Assembly: GCA_965116925.1 (NCBI GenBank)
Contig: OZ220744.1
Coordinates: 672,001-736,000, forward strand
Length of the DNA: 64,000 nucleotides
Origin: Candidatus Poribacteria bacterium
Lineage (GTDB): Bacteria; Poribacteria; WGA-4E; PCPOR2b
Reading direction: 5' to 3'
Part shown: piece after piece, positions 1 through 9,545 of the stretch
Position numbering within the stretch: the stretch's first letter is position 1
How the letters are laid out: every line of letters starts with the position of its first letter
Made by a program: the position numbers and the translations under genes
The notes under the pieces: model-generated
What the model was told of the DNA's origin: nothing
Seen by the model: only the letters and a program-made list of their open reading frames with translations
Databases searched by the model: none

Positions 1-2
1 CC

Positions 3-1988
3 ACCTATAAGTGTAACTTCCTCTCCGTTGGTGTTCCTTAGGACAACATCCTTCCTACCATGGGTCGTTACCTCCGGTGTCCTGACTATCAGTTCTGTCA
101 ATGACATGTCGGTGATAGCTGAGACAATTACGCCGCCAATAGTGACCCTCGTACTCCAGTCGCCGACGCGAAACCCTGTTCCAACGATCGTAACTTGTGT
201 TCCACCTTTCATCGGTCCCACATTAGGGGTAATACTGGTAATATTGAGAGGGGCGTTGTAGGTAAATGCACGTTGTTGCACGGCTTGTTGACCGTCGGGA
301 TTGATCACACGAATCTCTTTGTGTCCAAAGGGCAATGGCAACATCTTTAAGCGAATTTCGGTTGGTGAGAGACTGTCCAACTGTTCGACCTGTATCCCGC
401 CAATGAAGACAACGCTTCCGGCGTGGAAGTTATTTCCGCTGATAACTAGCTCTGTGCCGCCGTCGATAGGTCCCTCGATGGGATAAATCTCGCGAATGAT
501 CGGAGGAGAGAATGGATCGTAGGTATACCCTTCCTCTAAAATCCGCTCCCTTCCATCCGGGTTGGTTACGGTGACATCTACTGTGCCAGCCGTGCCGGAC
601 GGAATTGTGAAATGAATCAGCGTCGGTGCGACGACAACATCGCTTGCTGGATTATCCCCGATTCTGACCACCACGCCAGGGACGAAAGAACTGCCGGTTA
701 CAATACCTGTCTCTCCTCCCATCGGAGATCCATGGGCTGGGGTCATTGTTAGAGGTATTGATGGGGTGTTCGTATAAAGGAATTTTTGCCTTTCAATGAT
801 TAAGGCACCACTATCTGGAATACGAAGCTCAATATCTGTTTCACCGATGACTCCCGGTGGTGTGAGACCCGTTATCAGCGTATTAGTCACCTCTAGGTCA
901 GCCACTAACTTTCCGCCAATAGTAACTGTTGTCCCAGATGGAAAATCTCTGCCAAAAATCGCGATAGGTTCGCCACCTTCGACGTTGCCCTCTTGAGGGG
1001 AGATTGCTTTGACTTTAGTCAAATAGTAAATACCGTTCTCCATCGTACCCGCATAGAGCCCCGATCCATGGGATAAGAGGGAATAAACAGAACGTCCTTC
1101 TAGACCAGTAGGCGCCCAAGTTCCTGATTGTAAATCAAAGACGTAAACACCGTGTGTCTGCAATCCGGCGTATAATCGACCACCGTGAACAACAAATGTT
1201 GAAACGTACGGTGGATCATTTGGTCCATGCCGGTTGCCGATTGGAAGTCCAGTCATTGGGTATTCCCAATCTTGTGTAGTGTCGTTCCATACTCCGACAC
1301 CTGCTTGACCGGCAACGTACAGCCGCCCATTAAGCACCGCCCAATCATTTACACGACCATAATCAAAACGGCCGAGCTCTTCCCATGTCTTGCCACTGTC
1401 GGGTGAGCGAAGCATAGAACCAATTGATATTGCACTCCAAAGATAGCCATCAAACTCTGTCATTGAGTAGATACTGTTACCCTGCAACCACTCCTTTGAG
1501 ATGTCATGCCACGTCTCTCCACGGTCTGTTGATGTATAGGTGCCATTATGGTACATTATATTGATGATAGTGTTATCAGTGATAAGGATATGACGGACCT
1601 CACCGTAATAGCGTGTGCCGTCTTGAAACTCATGGACGCGCAATCCATTCCGAATCGGTTTCCAAGTCAGCCCAGCATCGTCGGACCGAAACACACCCTT
1701 GCCCCAAGTTCCTACATAAACGAGTTCTCCATTGACTGTCAGTGTGCTGACTGGATCGTTGAATGAAGTCGGAGACCAACTATTTCCTCCATCCTCAGAA
1801 ACAAAGACACCGTTGTCGCTCCCGGCGTAGAGTCGGAAGCCGTGGGCTGCAAGCGATGTAACGCTTTCCATTGCTACCCCATCGTCGAGCTGTATCCAGT
1901 TGTTCACTCCCCACGCGGATTTCAAATCCACACCCATTCCCACAACAATCACTGCAACAGCGGCTTTGATTAAACGTCGAGTTTGCAT
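3..1988 (-). CDS. Secreted protein with BNR/Asp-box beta-propeller and at least 4 IPT/TIG domains; 3' end runs off the window
   Basis: Not in the ORF track; translated by hand. ATG at 1988 with GGAGGG RBS; MQTRRLIKAAVAVIVVGMG signal-like N-terminus; SEDGGNSW Asp-box; repeated ISPxEG..GG..I.I.G..F IPT motifs. Confidence 0.8.
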   Translation of the reverse strand, partial: MQTRRLIKAAVAVIVVGMGVDLKSAWGVNNWIQLDDGVAMESVTSLAAHGFRLYAGSDNGVFVSEDGGNSWSPTSFNDPVSTLTVNGELVYVGTWGKGVFRSDDAGLTWKPIRNGLRVHEFQDGTRYYGEVRHILITDNTIINIMYHNGTYTSTDRGETWHDISKEWLQGNSIYSMTEFDGYLWSAISIGSMLRSPDSGKTWEELGRFDYGRVNDWAVLNGRLYVAGQAGVGVWNDTTQDWEYPMTGLPIGNRHGPNDPPYVSTFVVHGGRLYAGLQTHGVYVFDLQSGTWAPTGLEGRSVYSLLSHGSGLYAGTMENGIYYLTKVKAISPQEGNVEGGEPIAIFGRDFPSGTTVTIGGKLVADLEVTNTLITGLTPPGVIGETDIELRIPDSGALIIERQKFLYTNTPSIPLTMTPAHGSPMGGETGIVTGSSFVPGVVVRIGDNPASDVVVAPTLIHFTIPSGTAGTVDVTVTNPDGRERILEEGYTYDPFSPPIIREIYPIEGPIDGGTELVISGNNFHAGSVVFIGGIQVEQLDSLSPTEIRLKMLPLPFGHKEIRVINPDGQQAVQQRAFTYNAPLNITSITPNVGPMKGGTQVTIVGTGFRVGDWSTRVTIGGVIVSAITDMSLTELIVRTPEVTTHGRKDVVLRNTNGEEVTLIG

Positions 1989-2039
1989 CGTTTCCCTCCG
2001 TGTTTTTTGCGAAAAGTAATTTCCATTGCTGTGACGGAG

Positions 2040-2055
2040 GGCAATTTTCATGCCG
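2040..2055 (-). promoter_or_regulatory. Sigma-54 (-24/-12) promoter candidate
   Basis: Minus strand CGGCATGAAAATTGCC = GG-N10-GC, about 50 bp upstream of the ATG at 1988. Confidence 0.55.
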
Positions 2056-2223
2056 AATAACGATGCCCGTATAATCTGTGGCAGCGCACGAACCTTACAA
2101 GTGAGTGTGCTGATAGTGAACGGTGGTGTTCGTTTTTTGCACGATAACGGGCATTTCATTGTAACGCAGAAAGCAAACGGGTAAAGCAAAAACCTTAATA
2201 CCTTTGTCCCTTCCTCAAAGTTG

Positions 2224-2253
2224 TTGACAAAGAGAGAGGCAAGATGTTATTAT
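2224..2253 (+). promoter_or_regulatory. Sigma-70 promoter candidate
   Basis: TTGACA-N18-TATTAT with an extended -10 TG, upstream of the CDS at 2321. Confidence 0.45.
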
Positions 2254-2320
2254 TGCCAACATGTAACCTATCTTGATACAATTGATACATCCCCAAACAG
2301 TGCGATTCAGAGGAATGTAA

Positions 2321-4699
2321 GTGAACCACTTAAAATTTTTCCTAGCCCTGTCATTGACCGTTGGAATTCTGACTGTCACATCTGTATCCGTTGATGCACG
2401 CCCACCCGATCCGGGATTGTTTGATGCTATTCGATCCGCCCGAAAATATATCAATCCCAAGTCGCATTATGCCCCCAGCGAAATTGAGAAGTGTTTTACG
2501 GACACCTTCAATATCCTTGCTCAAAATTGGGATCGCCTGCCAGCGGTCTATCAGCGTGAGTTTCAGGGGATTTTCCTTCGACCAGGGCAGCCGGGCAGCC
2601 CCTACAGTTCCGTCAATCTGCCAAAGAAGTTTGACACCCCCCACTTTCGATTCCACTATACCACCGTCGGTCCCCACGCGCCACCACTCGAAGATGTGAA
2701 TCCAATGAACGGTGTACCAGATTACGTTGATATTTGTGCCGAAGCACATGAACGGTCTCTCCACATTGAGGTCAACCTGATGGGCTTTAAAAAGCCCTTT
2801 GATGATTTTTGGGATGCGTACAACGGCGGCAATCATAAATATGATGTGTACCTGTTTCAGTTCCCCGCGCTCGGTTTTACAACAACGAATTGGTTCAATG
2901 GACGGGTACGACCGACGGTCGTGACTTTCGGTCCCTATTTTGCAATAAATTCCCGCCTGTATGACTATTTCGGCAAGCTAGAGGGCATCCGCTTCATCGA
3001 AACGACGACTGCCCATGAATTCATGCACGGGATTCACTTCGCCTACAATGCACGGATGCCGGGCTGGTTCATGGAAGCTTCAGCAACATGGATTGAGTCG
3101 AAGGTATACGATGGCGGACGGGTTGACGATCTCGACGATATTCCAGACCCCGATGAGATTGGTGAAACCGATGCTTACGACTACTATCCTAGACAGCTTG
3201 GCATCTTTTTGGATCAGCCTGACATTGCGCTTGACAGCCGCGTCGGTTTGCACGAATACGCAGCGGTGATCTGGGTGTTTTACATGGCGGAGCGATTCGA
3301 TGTCGATATTGTCCGCCAGATCTATGAGGATGCAACAACCGGTTCTTACCGTGAATTCGGTAACTTTGTGGAGGTCTTTACCAATCATGGTACAACGCTA
3401 GTTGAAGCGTTTAAGACATTTACCGAGTGGAACTACTTCACACATAACCGTGATGATGGAAAGCACTATCTCAATGGACACCGTTTCCCGCCGGTCGTTA
3501 TTCACCCGCACGATGTGCACAACACCTACCCTGTCCGCGTTGATTGGGATTCAGAGGCGATGCCGGAACCCTTCTCGTCACGCTATATTGTTTTTGAACC
3601 GCCTCCCGGTGTTGTGATGAACGAATTCGCGATTAAGGTCGATGGTGCCGACATCGCTCCAATTGACATCAGTTCGCTCAACGTGACGGACCGAGCTGCA
3701 ATTCAGAACGAATTGGATCGGCTCGATGTTTGGGGCTTGCGAGGCTGGGGCGCAAAGTTTATCGTTGAAAAACGGGATGGGACCCACGAAGTCCGAGAGG
3801 CATTTACCTACCAACGTTCTCAAGAAGGGCAGATTACATTCAAAGATTTCGGGGGTTATATTAAGAAAATTACACTCATCCTGATTAATCTGCGTCCGGA
3901 TGTCGAGCAGGTGGTTATCCCCGGTGGGGACTTTGGGGGTGCTGTGAGTTATATGGCAGGTCGCCCGCCCGCTGGTGCCCTTTCGACACCTACTCTGTTG
4001 CAAGAAAGAGACACCAGCGTGCGTGTACAGTGGCAGCTCGAGGATTTGACGGATATTCATGAGCTAGTTATCGTCCGAAAGCGATATACGTCGTTGATTG
4101 AAACCGATGACTCGCAGCCATTCCAGACCGCTGCGGAGGTATTGAACGCCGCAGATCGGAATGATGATGGTATTCCCAACGATGACATTAACATTGTCGG
4201 ACGGGTCAACGCAACCGATACGCACTTTGAGGACACGACGATATTTCGGGATATTGATGTGGAGAACACCAGTTTCGATCCACTGGACACCCGCTACTTT
4301 TATGCTGTTGTGCCTGTCGATGCAATTGGCATCATGGGCACACCGAGCATTGACCCGAACGGTATTACTCCCATCTTTAACCCACTGGACATCCCTGCTG
4401 CCCCAATGCAGACTCGACTCCTCCAAAGTTACCCGAATCCATTCAATCCAGACGTTTGGATCCCTTACGAGTTAGGAGAAGATTCTTCGGTTTCAGTTGA
4501 AATCTACAATATTTCGGGGCAATTGGTACGAACATTGCACGTTGGTATGAAGAAGCGTGGACAGTATGTCAGTAAGGATAAAGCAATCCACTGGGATGGA
4601 CGTACCCAGTTGGGAGAGCGCGCTACCAGCGGCGTCTACTTCTATCTGCTGAAAGCTGGCGATTATGTCTCCATGCGAAAGATGGCGATTTTGAAATAG
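2321..4699 (+). CDS. Secreted HEXXH zinc metalloprotease (MXAN_6640-like) with C-terminal FlgD-Ig/T9SS-like domain
   Basis: Signal peptide; AHEFMH followed by WFMEASATW; C-terminal LLQSYPNPFNPDVWIPYEL...WDG...SGVYFY. Confidence 0.75.
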   Translation: MNHLKFFLALSLTVGILTVTSVSVDARPPDPGLFDAIRSARKYINPKSHYAPSEIEKCFTDTFNILAQNWDRLPAVYQREFQGIFLRPGQPGSPYSSVNLPKKFDTPHFRFHYTTVGPHAPPLEDVNPMNGVPDYVDICAEAHERSLHIEVNLMGFKKPFDDFWDAYNGGNHKYDVYLFQFPALGFTTTNWFNGRVRPTVVTFGPYFAINSRLYDYFGKLEGIRFIETTTAHEFMHGIHFAYNARMPGWFMEASATWIESKVYDGGRVDDLDDIPDPDEIGETDAYDYYPRQLGIFLDQPDIALDSRVGLHEYAAVIWVFYMAERFDVDIVRQIYEDATTGSYREFGNFVEVFTNHGTTLVEAFKTFTEWNYFTHNRDDGKHYLNGHRFPPVVIHPHDVHNTYPVRVDWDSEAMPEPFSSRYIVFEPPPGVVMNEFAIKVDGADIAPIDISSLNVTDRAAIQNELDRLDVWGLRGWGAKFIVEKRDGTHEVREAFTYQRSQEGQITFKDFGGYIKKITLILINLRPDVEQVVIPGGDFGGAVSYMAGRPPAGALSTPTLLQERDTSVRVQWQLEDLTDIHELVIVRKRYTSLIETDDSQPFQTAAEVLNAADRNDDGIPNDDINIVGRVNATDTHFEDTTIFRDIDVENTSFDPLDTRYFYAVVPVDAIGIMGTPSIDPNGITPIFNPLDIPAAPMQTRLLQSYPNPFNPDVWIPYELGEDSSVSVEIYNISGQLVRTLHVGMKKRGQYVSKDKAIHWDGRTQLGERATSGVYFYLLKAGDYVSMRKMAILK

Positions 4700-4738
4700 A
4701 GACATAAAACGTTATTCCGTTCCTTCACGCTAGGGAGT

Positions 4739-5734
4739 GTGTTTAAGGTGATAAAAAATACAATTATTATATCTATTTTCTCTTTTCTGCTATTTTCTAT
4801 CCTCAGTTGTGGTGAGGAGGGTTTGATCGACCCACACGGCGAAGTAGAGTTTTCGCCCGCTTTCGGTGCGGGATTTCAAGCCTCTGATTTCCCCACAAAC
4901 AACGGATCCGCTTGGACCTACCTTAATGTGGGAGACGGGTTGTATAGCCCTGGGCAAGGAGAAGCTATCTCGGAACTACTAGAGGAAACGTTTACAATTA
5001 GAATTGAAAGTACACGAGATATTAGTGGGTTCACCCACCGTCAGGCGACCGTCAGCGAAGTCAGAGCAATTGTTCTCGCTGAACGTACCTCTTTCAATCA
5101 GCGTGGAGAGGAGGAAAGAGTTGTCCAACAGGAGGAGAGAATTTTCCGAGCAGCGGTAGATCATCTTTCTGCAAACGCGCTCTATTTTCGCTTTGACTCC
5201 GATTTCTTGGATGCCGATTTGCCGTTATTTGCAACCTATTTCTCAAGCACACCGCAAGCCTATATCGAATCAGCGTTCGATGTATACGTTTTCTTTCTTG
5301 ATAACCCTGTGCTACACCAGAAACATTTCCCGCCTCGCCTTCTCTGGGATTTTCCCTTGCAGATCGGAAAAGAGTGGACCGTCTTTGAAACCAAAACGTC
5401 ACCAGTACTTCGGGTGGTCCGCCGTGTTATTGATGCACACGCCTCGGTAACAGTGCCCGCAGGAAACTACAATAATGCTTACTTGGTTGAAGAGGAAATT
5501 ATCGGTTTACCGCAACTGCCAGCGTTAAAATTATCTGACGATTTCCAGACACTGGAGGTCGCCGACTACGAGCCCGCGAAATATTGGGTGGTGCCGAATA
5601 TCGGCGTTGTTAAATATCAATATTCTTATACATTAACCGAAACGGAGTTACCGAATGGAGCAGTCGTCAATATAATCGGTTATGGGGATTTTGAGTTAAG
5701 TCAGTTTGAACTCCCCGACGACCACTCACGTTAG
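4739..5734 (+). CDS. Hypothetical lipoprotein
   Basis: 331 aa ORF; hydrophobic leader with ILSC lipobox; VTVPAGNY and YWVVPNIGVVK motifs. Confidence 0.7.
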   Translation: MFKVIKNTIIISIFSFLLFSILSCGEEGLIDPHGEVEFSPAFGAGFQASDFPTNNGSAWTYLNVGDGLYSPGQGEAISELLEETFTIRIESTRDISGFTHRQATVSEVRAIVLAERTSFNQRGEEERVVQQEERIFRAAVDHLSANALYFRFDSDFLDADLPLFATYFSSTPQAYIESAFDVYVFFLDNPVLHQKHFPPRLLWDFPLQIGKEWTVFETKTSPVLRVVRRVIDAHASVTVPAGNYNNAYLVEEEIIGLPQLPALKLSDDFQTLEVADYEPAKYWVVPNIGVVKYQYSYTLTETELPNGAVVNIIGYGDFELSQFELPDDHSR

Positions 5735-5750
5735 TTTATATTTATCCATT

Positions 5751-6566
5751 ATGTCGCCATTACAATTCATTAAAAAGAAAATTAAGCAACTGTTCTATGC
5801 CCTTTATCAGAAACGGCTTGAGCGGGCTGCAAGTCAGTGGCAGATTCCTTATCATATCGGAATTATTTTGGATGGAAACCGTCGGTACGCAAAAACGGAA
5901 GGTTTTTTTGACGCTGCTAAACGGCAATACGGACACTCCGAAGGCGGAGATAAGCTAGAGGAGGTACTCCATTGGTGCGACGAATTGGGTGTCAAAATTG
6001 TCTCAATCTGGATCTGCTCTCTTGATAACTTTACCAATCGCAAAGAGGAGGAAGTGGCGGAAATCTTCAATGTCATTGAAACAAAGATGCGATCGCTGCT
6101 CACCATTGAAGGGCTCCACACCAATCAGATTAAGGTGCGCCCCATGGGCAAACTTGAGTTACTACCGCCGAGCCTCCAAGAAGCTATTCGTGATGTAGAG
6201 GAAGCGACAAAGAACTACGATAAATTTATCCTCAATGTTGCTGTGGCTTACGGTGGGCGCGAGGAAATCGTCGAAGCGTTCCGGCGTCACTTAAAATCGG
6301 AATTGGCAGAGGGTAAAGCGCCGGACGAAATATCAGCAGAACTGAGTGCGGATAAAATTACCACACATCTCTACACCTCCAATCTACCCGACCCAGATCT
6401 GATTATCCGCACCAGCGGCGAGATTCGGCTCAGTGGCTTCATGCTCTGGCAGAGTGCCTATTCGGAATACTACTTCTGCGATACCTATTGGCCCGGCTTC
6501 AGAAAGATCGACTTCCTCCGGGCAATCCGTGACTACAGCCATCGGGAACGGCGGTTCGGAAAGTAA
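5751..6566 (+). CDS. uppS: cis-Prenyltransferase (polyprenyl diphosphate synthase)
   Basis: HIGIILDGNRR, YGGREEI, PDPDLIIRTSGEIRLSGFMLWQSAYSE; start placed at ATG 5751. Confidence 0.92.
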   Translation: MSPLQFIKKKIKQLFYALYQKRLERAASQWQIPYHIGIILDGNRRYAKTEGFFDAAKRQYGHSEGGDKLEEVLHWCDELGVKIVSIWICSLDNFTNRKEEEVAEIFNVIETKMRSLLTIEGLHTNQIKVRPMGKLELLPPSLQEAIRDVEEATKNYDKFILNVAVAYGGREEIVEAFRRHLKSELAEGKAPDEISAELSADKITTHLYTSNLPDPDLIIRTSGEIRLSGFMLWQSAYSEYYFCDTYWPGFRKIDFLRAIRDYSHRERRFGK

Positions 6567-6615
6567 GATGCACGGCTAGAAAAAAGCCCCATCCAATCCA
6601 CAGCGCAAAAACGAC

Positions 6616-6649
6616 AGAAACCGAGCTTTTCCTTGGAAACTCGGTTTCT
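6616..6649. repeat. Palindrome family A (AGAAACCGAG..CTCGGTTTCT)
   Basis: Other copies at 15847-15880, 25004-25037 and 56469-56500; right half only at 30131-30144. Confidence 0.8.
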
Positions 6650-6692
6650 CTTTGTGATTTGAGCTAACTCTTAACATGAGCCACTATGTTTT

Positions 6693-7013
6693 CTATACGC
6701 TAAGGGATTGGATAAACTCCAATTCCCCGGTGATGGGAGGACGTACATCAAAAGCCGGGTGACGGGTTAGGTTGCGCGGGTTACTTCCATCAGCGTCTAT
6801 CACATATACTTCAGCGTTCCCATCCCGGTAACTATGGAACGCAATTTGTTGTCCGTTGGGAGACCAAGTAGGCCATCTATCAGCTGCTTCATTGAATGTG
6901 AGCCGTATTTGGTTGTCACCATCGGAGTCCATCCTGTAGATTTTGAAATTTCCATCGCGTTTGGAATAAAACACGATTTTTGCATGAAGGGGGCTTGTGC
7001 GCTAACAGGATTA
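6693..7013 (-). pseudogene. TolB-like/PD40 repeat gene fragment
   Basis: KIVFYSKRDGNFKIYRMD..PTWSPNGQQIAFHSYRDGNAEVY; only about 2 repeats, no signal peptide, apparent frameshift after AQAP. Confidence 0.7.
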
Positions 7014-7532
7014 TTATTTTGATAAGAATTGATAGGGATCTATTCCCACAGATTGATAATCGACGATTCTGATTCCTGGTGGCGTTTCTCCATTATTGAG
7101 TTGATCCATGATCACACTACTATCATTCCCACCCCCTGTCAGGACATTGCTAGCATACCGATGTATGGTGCCATCCGGTTCTTGGTACTGTTCCCATTCG
7201 ATATAGGCGACATCTGGATAGAGCGGATAGAACGTTCCATTGTTAATAACCCCGCCGGTAAAATCGTGGTCCCCTTCACTCCATAACTTTACCATAACCA
7301 TACTTAATAGTTCCTGTTCTTCAAGCAGATCCTGTGGTATCTGGGCCCGTTCTGCTTCAGAGCGATGCCAAGGGACGTTATATGGATAATCATCGGGAAC
7401 TTGGGGATATGCGAAACCAGTAATAGACCTGTTCGCTTCCAACCCTAATATCGCACACCCCCATATCATGGACAAACTGGTAGTTACTATGCAGACGGTA
7501 AGAACGCCATGGAGATATTTCATATTTTTCAC
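7014..7532 (-). CDS. Lipoprotein, paralogue A of a tandem family
   Basis: IWGC lipobox; shares the YPxVPDxYP..KLW..GDHDF.G..YP.VAY..W..PDGT domain with the next two genes. Confidence 0.8.
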   Translation of the reverse strand: MKNMKYLHGVLTVCIVTTSLSMIWGCAILGLEANRSITGFAYPQVPDDYPYNVPWHRSEAERAQIPQDLLEEQELLSMVMVKLWSEGDHDFTGGVINNGTFYPLYPDVAYIEWEQYQEPDGTIHRYASNVLTGGGNDSSVIMDQLNNGETPPGIRIVDYQSVGIDPYQFLSK

Positions 7533-7537
7533 CTTTC

Positions 7538-8062
7538 TTATTTTGACAGGAACTCATTAATATCTATACCCACATCTTCAACATCAACAATTATTATCCC
7601 CTCCGGGCTTTCCCCACTGTTGAGTTGGTCAATAATCACATCACTCCGAAGCGAACCAGAGACAATTACTCTGCTAGCATACCGATAGATTGTGCCGTCC
7701 GGCTTTTCATGCGCGTTCCAGTAGACATAGGCAACACCGGGATATTGAGGAAAGAATATCCCATTCCCAAGATGTGCACCAACAAAATCATGATCGCCAT
7801 TCTTCCATAGTTTAATCTGCGCCCGATCCAACAATACCATATTTTCAAAAATATCTTGAGGTATTTGCAATTTTTCTTCTTCAGGCAGTAGCCAAGCTAC
7901 TGGGAATGGATAGTCATCAGGCACTTCGGGATACTCAATAGGGTTGCTATCAATACCCAATTCAATATCGTCCCCCACTACCGCACAGCCCCATATCATG
8001 AACAAACCGATGGTTACTATGCAGACGGTAAGAACGCCATGGAGATATTTCATATTTTTCAC
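7538..8062 (-). CDS. Lipoprotein, paralogue B
   Basis: Leader nearly identical to paralogue A; same C-terminal domain. Confidence 0.8.
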   Translation of the reverse strand: MKNMKYLHGVLTVCIVTIGLFMIWGCAVVGDDIELGIDSNPIEYPEVPDDYPFPVAWLLPEEEKLQIPQDIFENMVLLDRAQIKLWKNGDHDFVGAHLGNGIFFPQYPGVAYVYWNAHEKPDGTIYRYASRVIVSGSLRSDVIIDQLNSGESPEGIIIVDVEDVGIDINEFLSK

Positions 8063-8070
8063 CCTTTCAT

Positions 8071-8772
8071 CTAATTGATATCGACGATTCTGATTCCTGG
8101 TGGTGTTTCTCCATTATTGAGTTGGTCCATGATCGCACTACTATCATTCCCACCCCCTGTCAGGACACCGCTAACATACCAATATGATGTGCCATCCGGT
8201 TCTTGGTACTGTTCCCATTCGACATAGGCGACATCTGGATAGAGCGGATAGAACGTTCCATTGTTAATAACTCCGCCGGTAAAATCATGGTCGCCTTTAT
8301 TCCATAGATTAATCATAGCGATACTTAAGCGTTCCTGTTCTTCAAGCTGATCTTGTGGTATCTGCGCCCGTTCTGCCTTAGAGCGCAGCCAAATTGGGGT
8401 AAATGGATAGCCATCCGGCACCGGCGGATACTTGCTGGTTTTCTCCTCTGCCTCCACAAGCAGTTCGGGGATCGTAGCATCTGTTGACAAAGAATCGAAG
8501 TCCTCCGAATCCCATTCATCCTCATCCCATTCATCGTCTGTCACGACGATTTCGCTAGAAGTCTCTGGATTACTCTCCGACGATCTGTTAGGCATTTTAG
8601 AAACGGCTGGTTTTCGTCGAAATACGATATCAGACTCCTCAATCAGCTCAGGTTCAGGATGTTGGTGTAACTGATGGAATGATACAATACTGTAGGTCAA
8701 CGCGATTAAGAAAATCATCAAACTAACAAGCAAGAAACATTTTGTCCAAGCCATAGCGGTCTTCCTTTTCAA
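8071..8772 (-). CDS. Membrane-anchored protein, paralogue C
   Basis: N-terminal TM helix, acidic linker, same C-terminal domain; start codon uncertain. Confidence 0.75.
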   Translation of the reverse strand: MKRKTAMAWTKCFLLVSLMIFLIALTYSIVSFHQLHQHPEPELIEESDIVFRRKPAVSKMPNRSSESNPETSSEIVVTDDEWDEDEWDSEDFDSLSTDATIPELLVEAEEKTSKYPPVPDGYPFTPIWLRSKAERAQIPQDQLEEQERLSIAMINLWNKGDHDFTGGVINNGTFYPLYPDVAYVEWEQYQEPDGTSYWYVSGVLTGGGNDSSAIMDQLNNGETPPGIRIVDIN

Positions 8773-8825
8773 GTGTTACGAGTATTGTGAAACACGCTAA
8801 AGTACCCAAATCGAAATAACAACAA

Positions 8826-8851
8826 GCCCCGGACAAACGACCGTCCGGGGC
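8826..8851 (-). terminator. Hairpin / intrinsic terminator after the small secreted protein gene
   Basis: GCCCCGGAC-N8-GTCCGGGGC followed by a T-rich run on the minus strand. Confidence 0.6.
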
Positions 8852-8882
8852 AAACATTTGTGAGGTTTTAGAGTCTAACCTA

Positions 8883-9260
8883 CTAGTTTCCATATTCAGT
8901 GTCCGAATCAGAATCGCTATTATGCGGGCTGTTCGTATTGTGATCGCTGATGTAAGCACCTGCATAATTGCTAGCACTCGGAGCACCTTTAGTAGAAAGA
9001 GACTGGTTAATATCACCACTAAAATTACCACTCTGATGTTTATTGGGACCATGGGCAACCTGTACAGTCATACTATAAAAGCCAGAGCATAGACTATCTG
9101 GTGCCTTAACACTCGCCTTAGCATGTCCTTTGCCCGAGGCTACCCATACTCTAGCATCTGCCTCCACATGGTGATCAGCATAGCTACTATAAACAAAGAT
9201 AAAAGTGGCGCAAAGCAGCAAACAAACCGAGATAATCGTCAAGGTTACTTGCGTTCGCAT
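8883..9260 (-). CDS. Small secreted protein of unknown function (125 aa)
   Basis: GGAGGTG RBS; Sec signal ending SYA; Ser/Ala/Gly/His-rich mature part. Confidence 0.75.
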   Translation of the reverse strand: MRTQVTLTIISVCLLLCATFIFVYSSYADHHVEADARVWVASGKGHAKASVKAPDSLCSGFYSMTVQVAHGPNKHQSGNFSGDINQSLSTKGAPSASNYAGAYISDHNTNSPHNSDSDSDTEYGN

Positions 9261-9376
9261 TTTTCACACCTCCTCGCTTGGTGAATGGTTATATTCACGA
9301 AACCTCTATGACTGGGTTTCCCCAGAAAGGTAGGCTTTCTCCAATTTAATCAGCACCGTGACTTCACCCTACTAAG

Positions 9377-9393
9377 AGCAAGCCCTATGCCAA
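9377..9393 (-). promoter_or_regulatory. Sigma-54 (-24/-12) promoter
   Basis: Minus strand TTGGCATAGGGCTTGCT, close to consensus TGGCAC-N5-TTGCW; CGGACA repeats about 90-125 bp upstream may be enhancer sites. Confidence 0.75.
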
Positions 9394-9545
9394 CATCCCA
9401 AATTATGCCAACTCTTCAGTCGTGGCGCGGGTTTGAGGGGAGGTTCGCTATCTGTTCTTTCGAGCAAAATCGTCCAGAAACCGGACATAACGGACAGATA
9501 TGCAAACAATATCGGACAACTGAACACGTCTTTTGCCACTGCCAA

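Noticed and set aside
28..1766. Short plus-strand ORFs
   Set aside because: Shadows of the long minus-strand gene missing from the ORF track
7060..8375. Diversity-generating retroelement TR/VR pair
   Set aside because: Differences are not adenine-specific, both copies are coding, and there is no reverse transcriptase in the window
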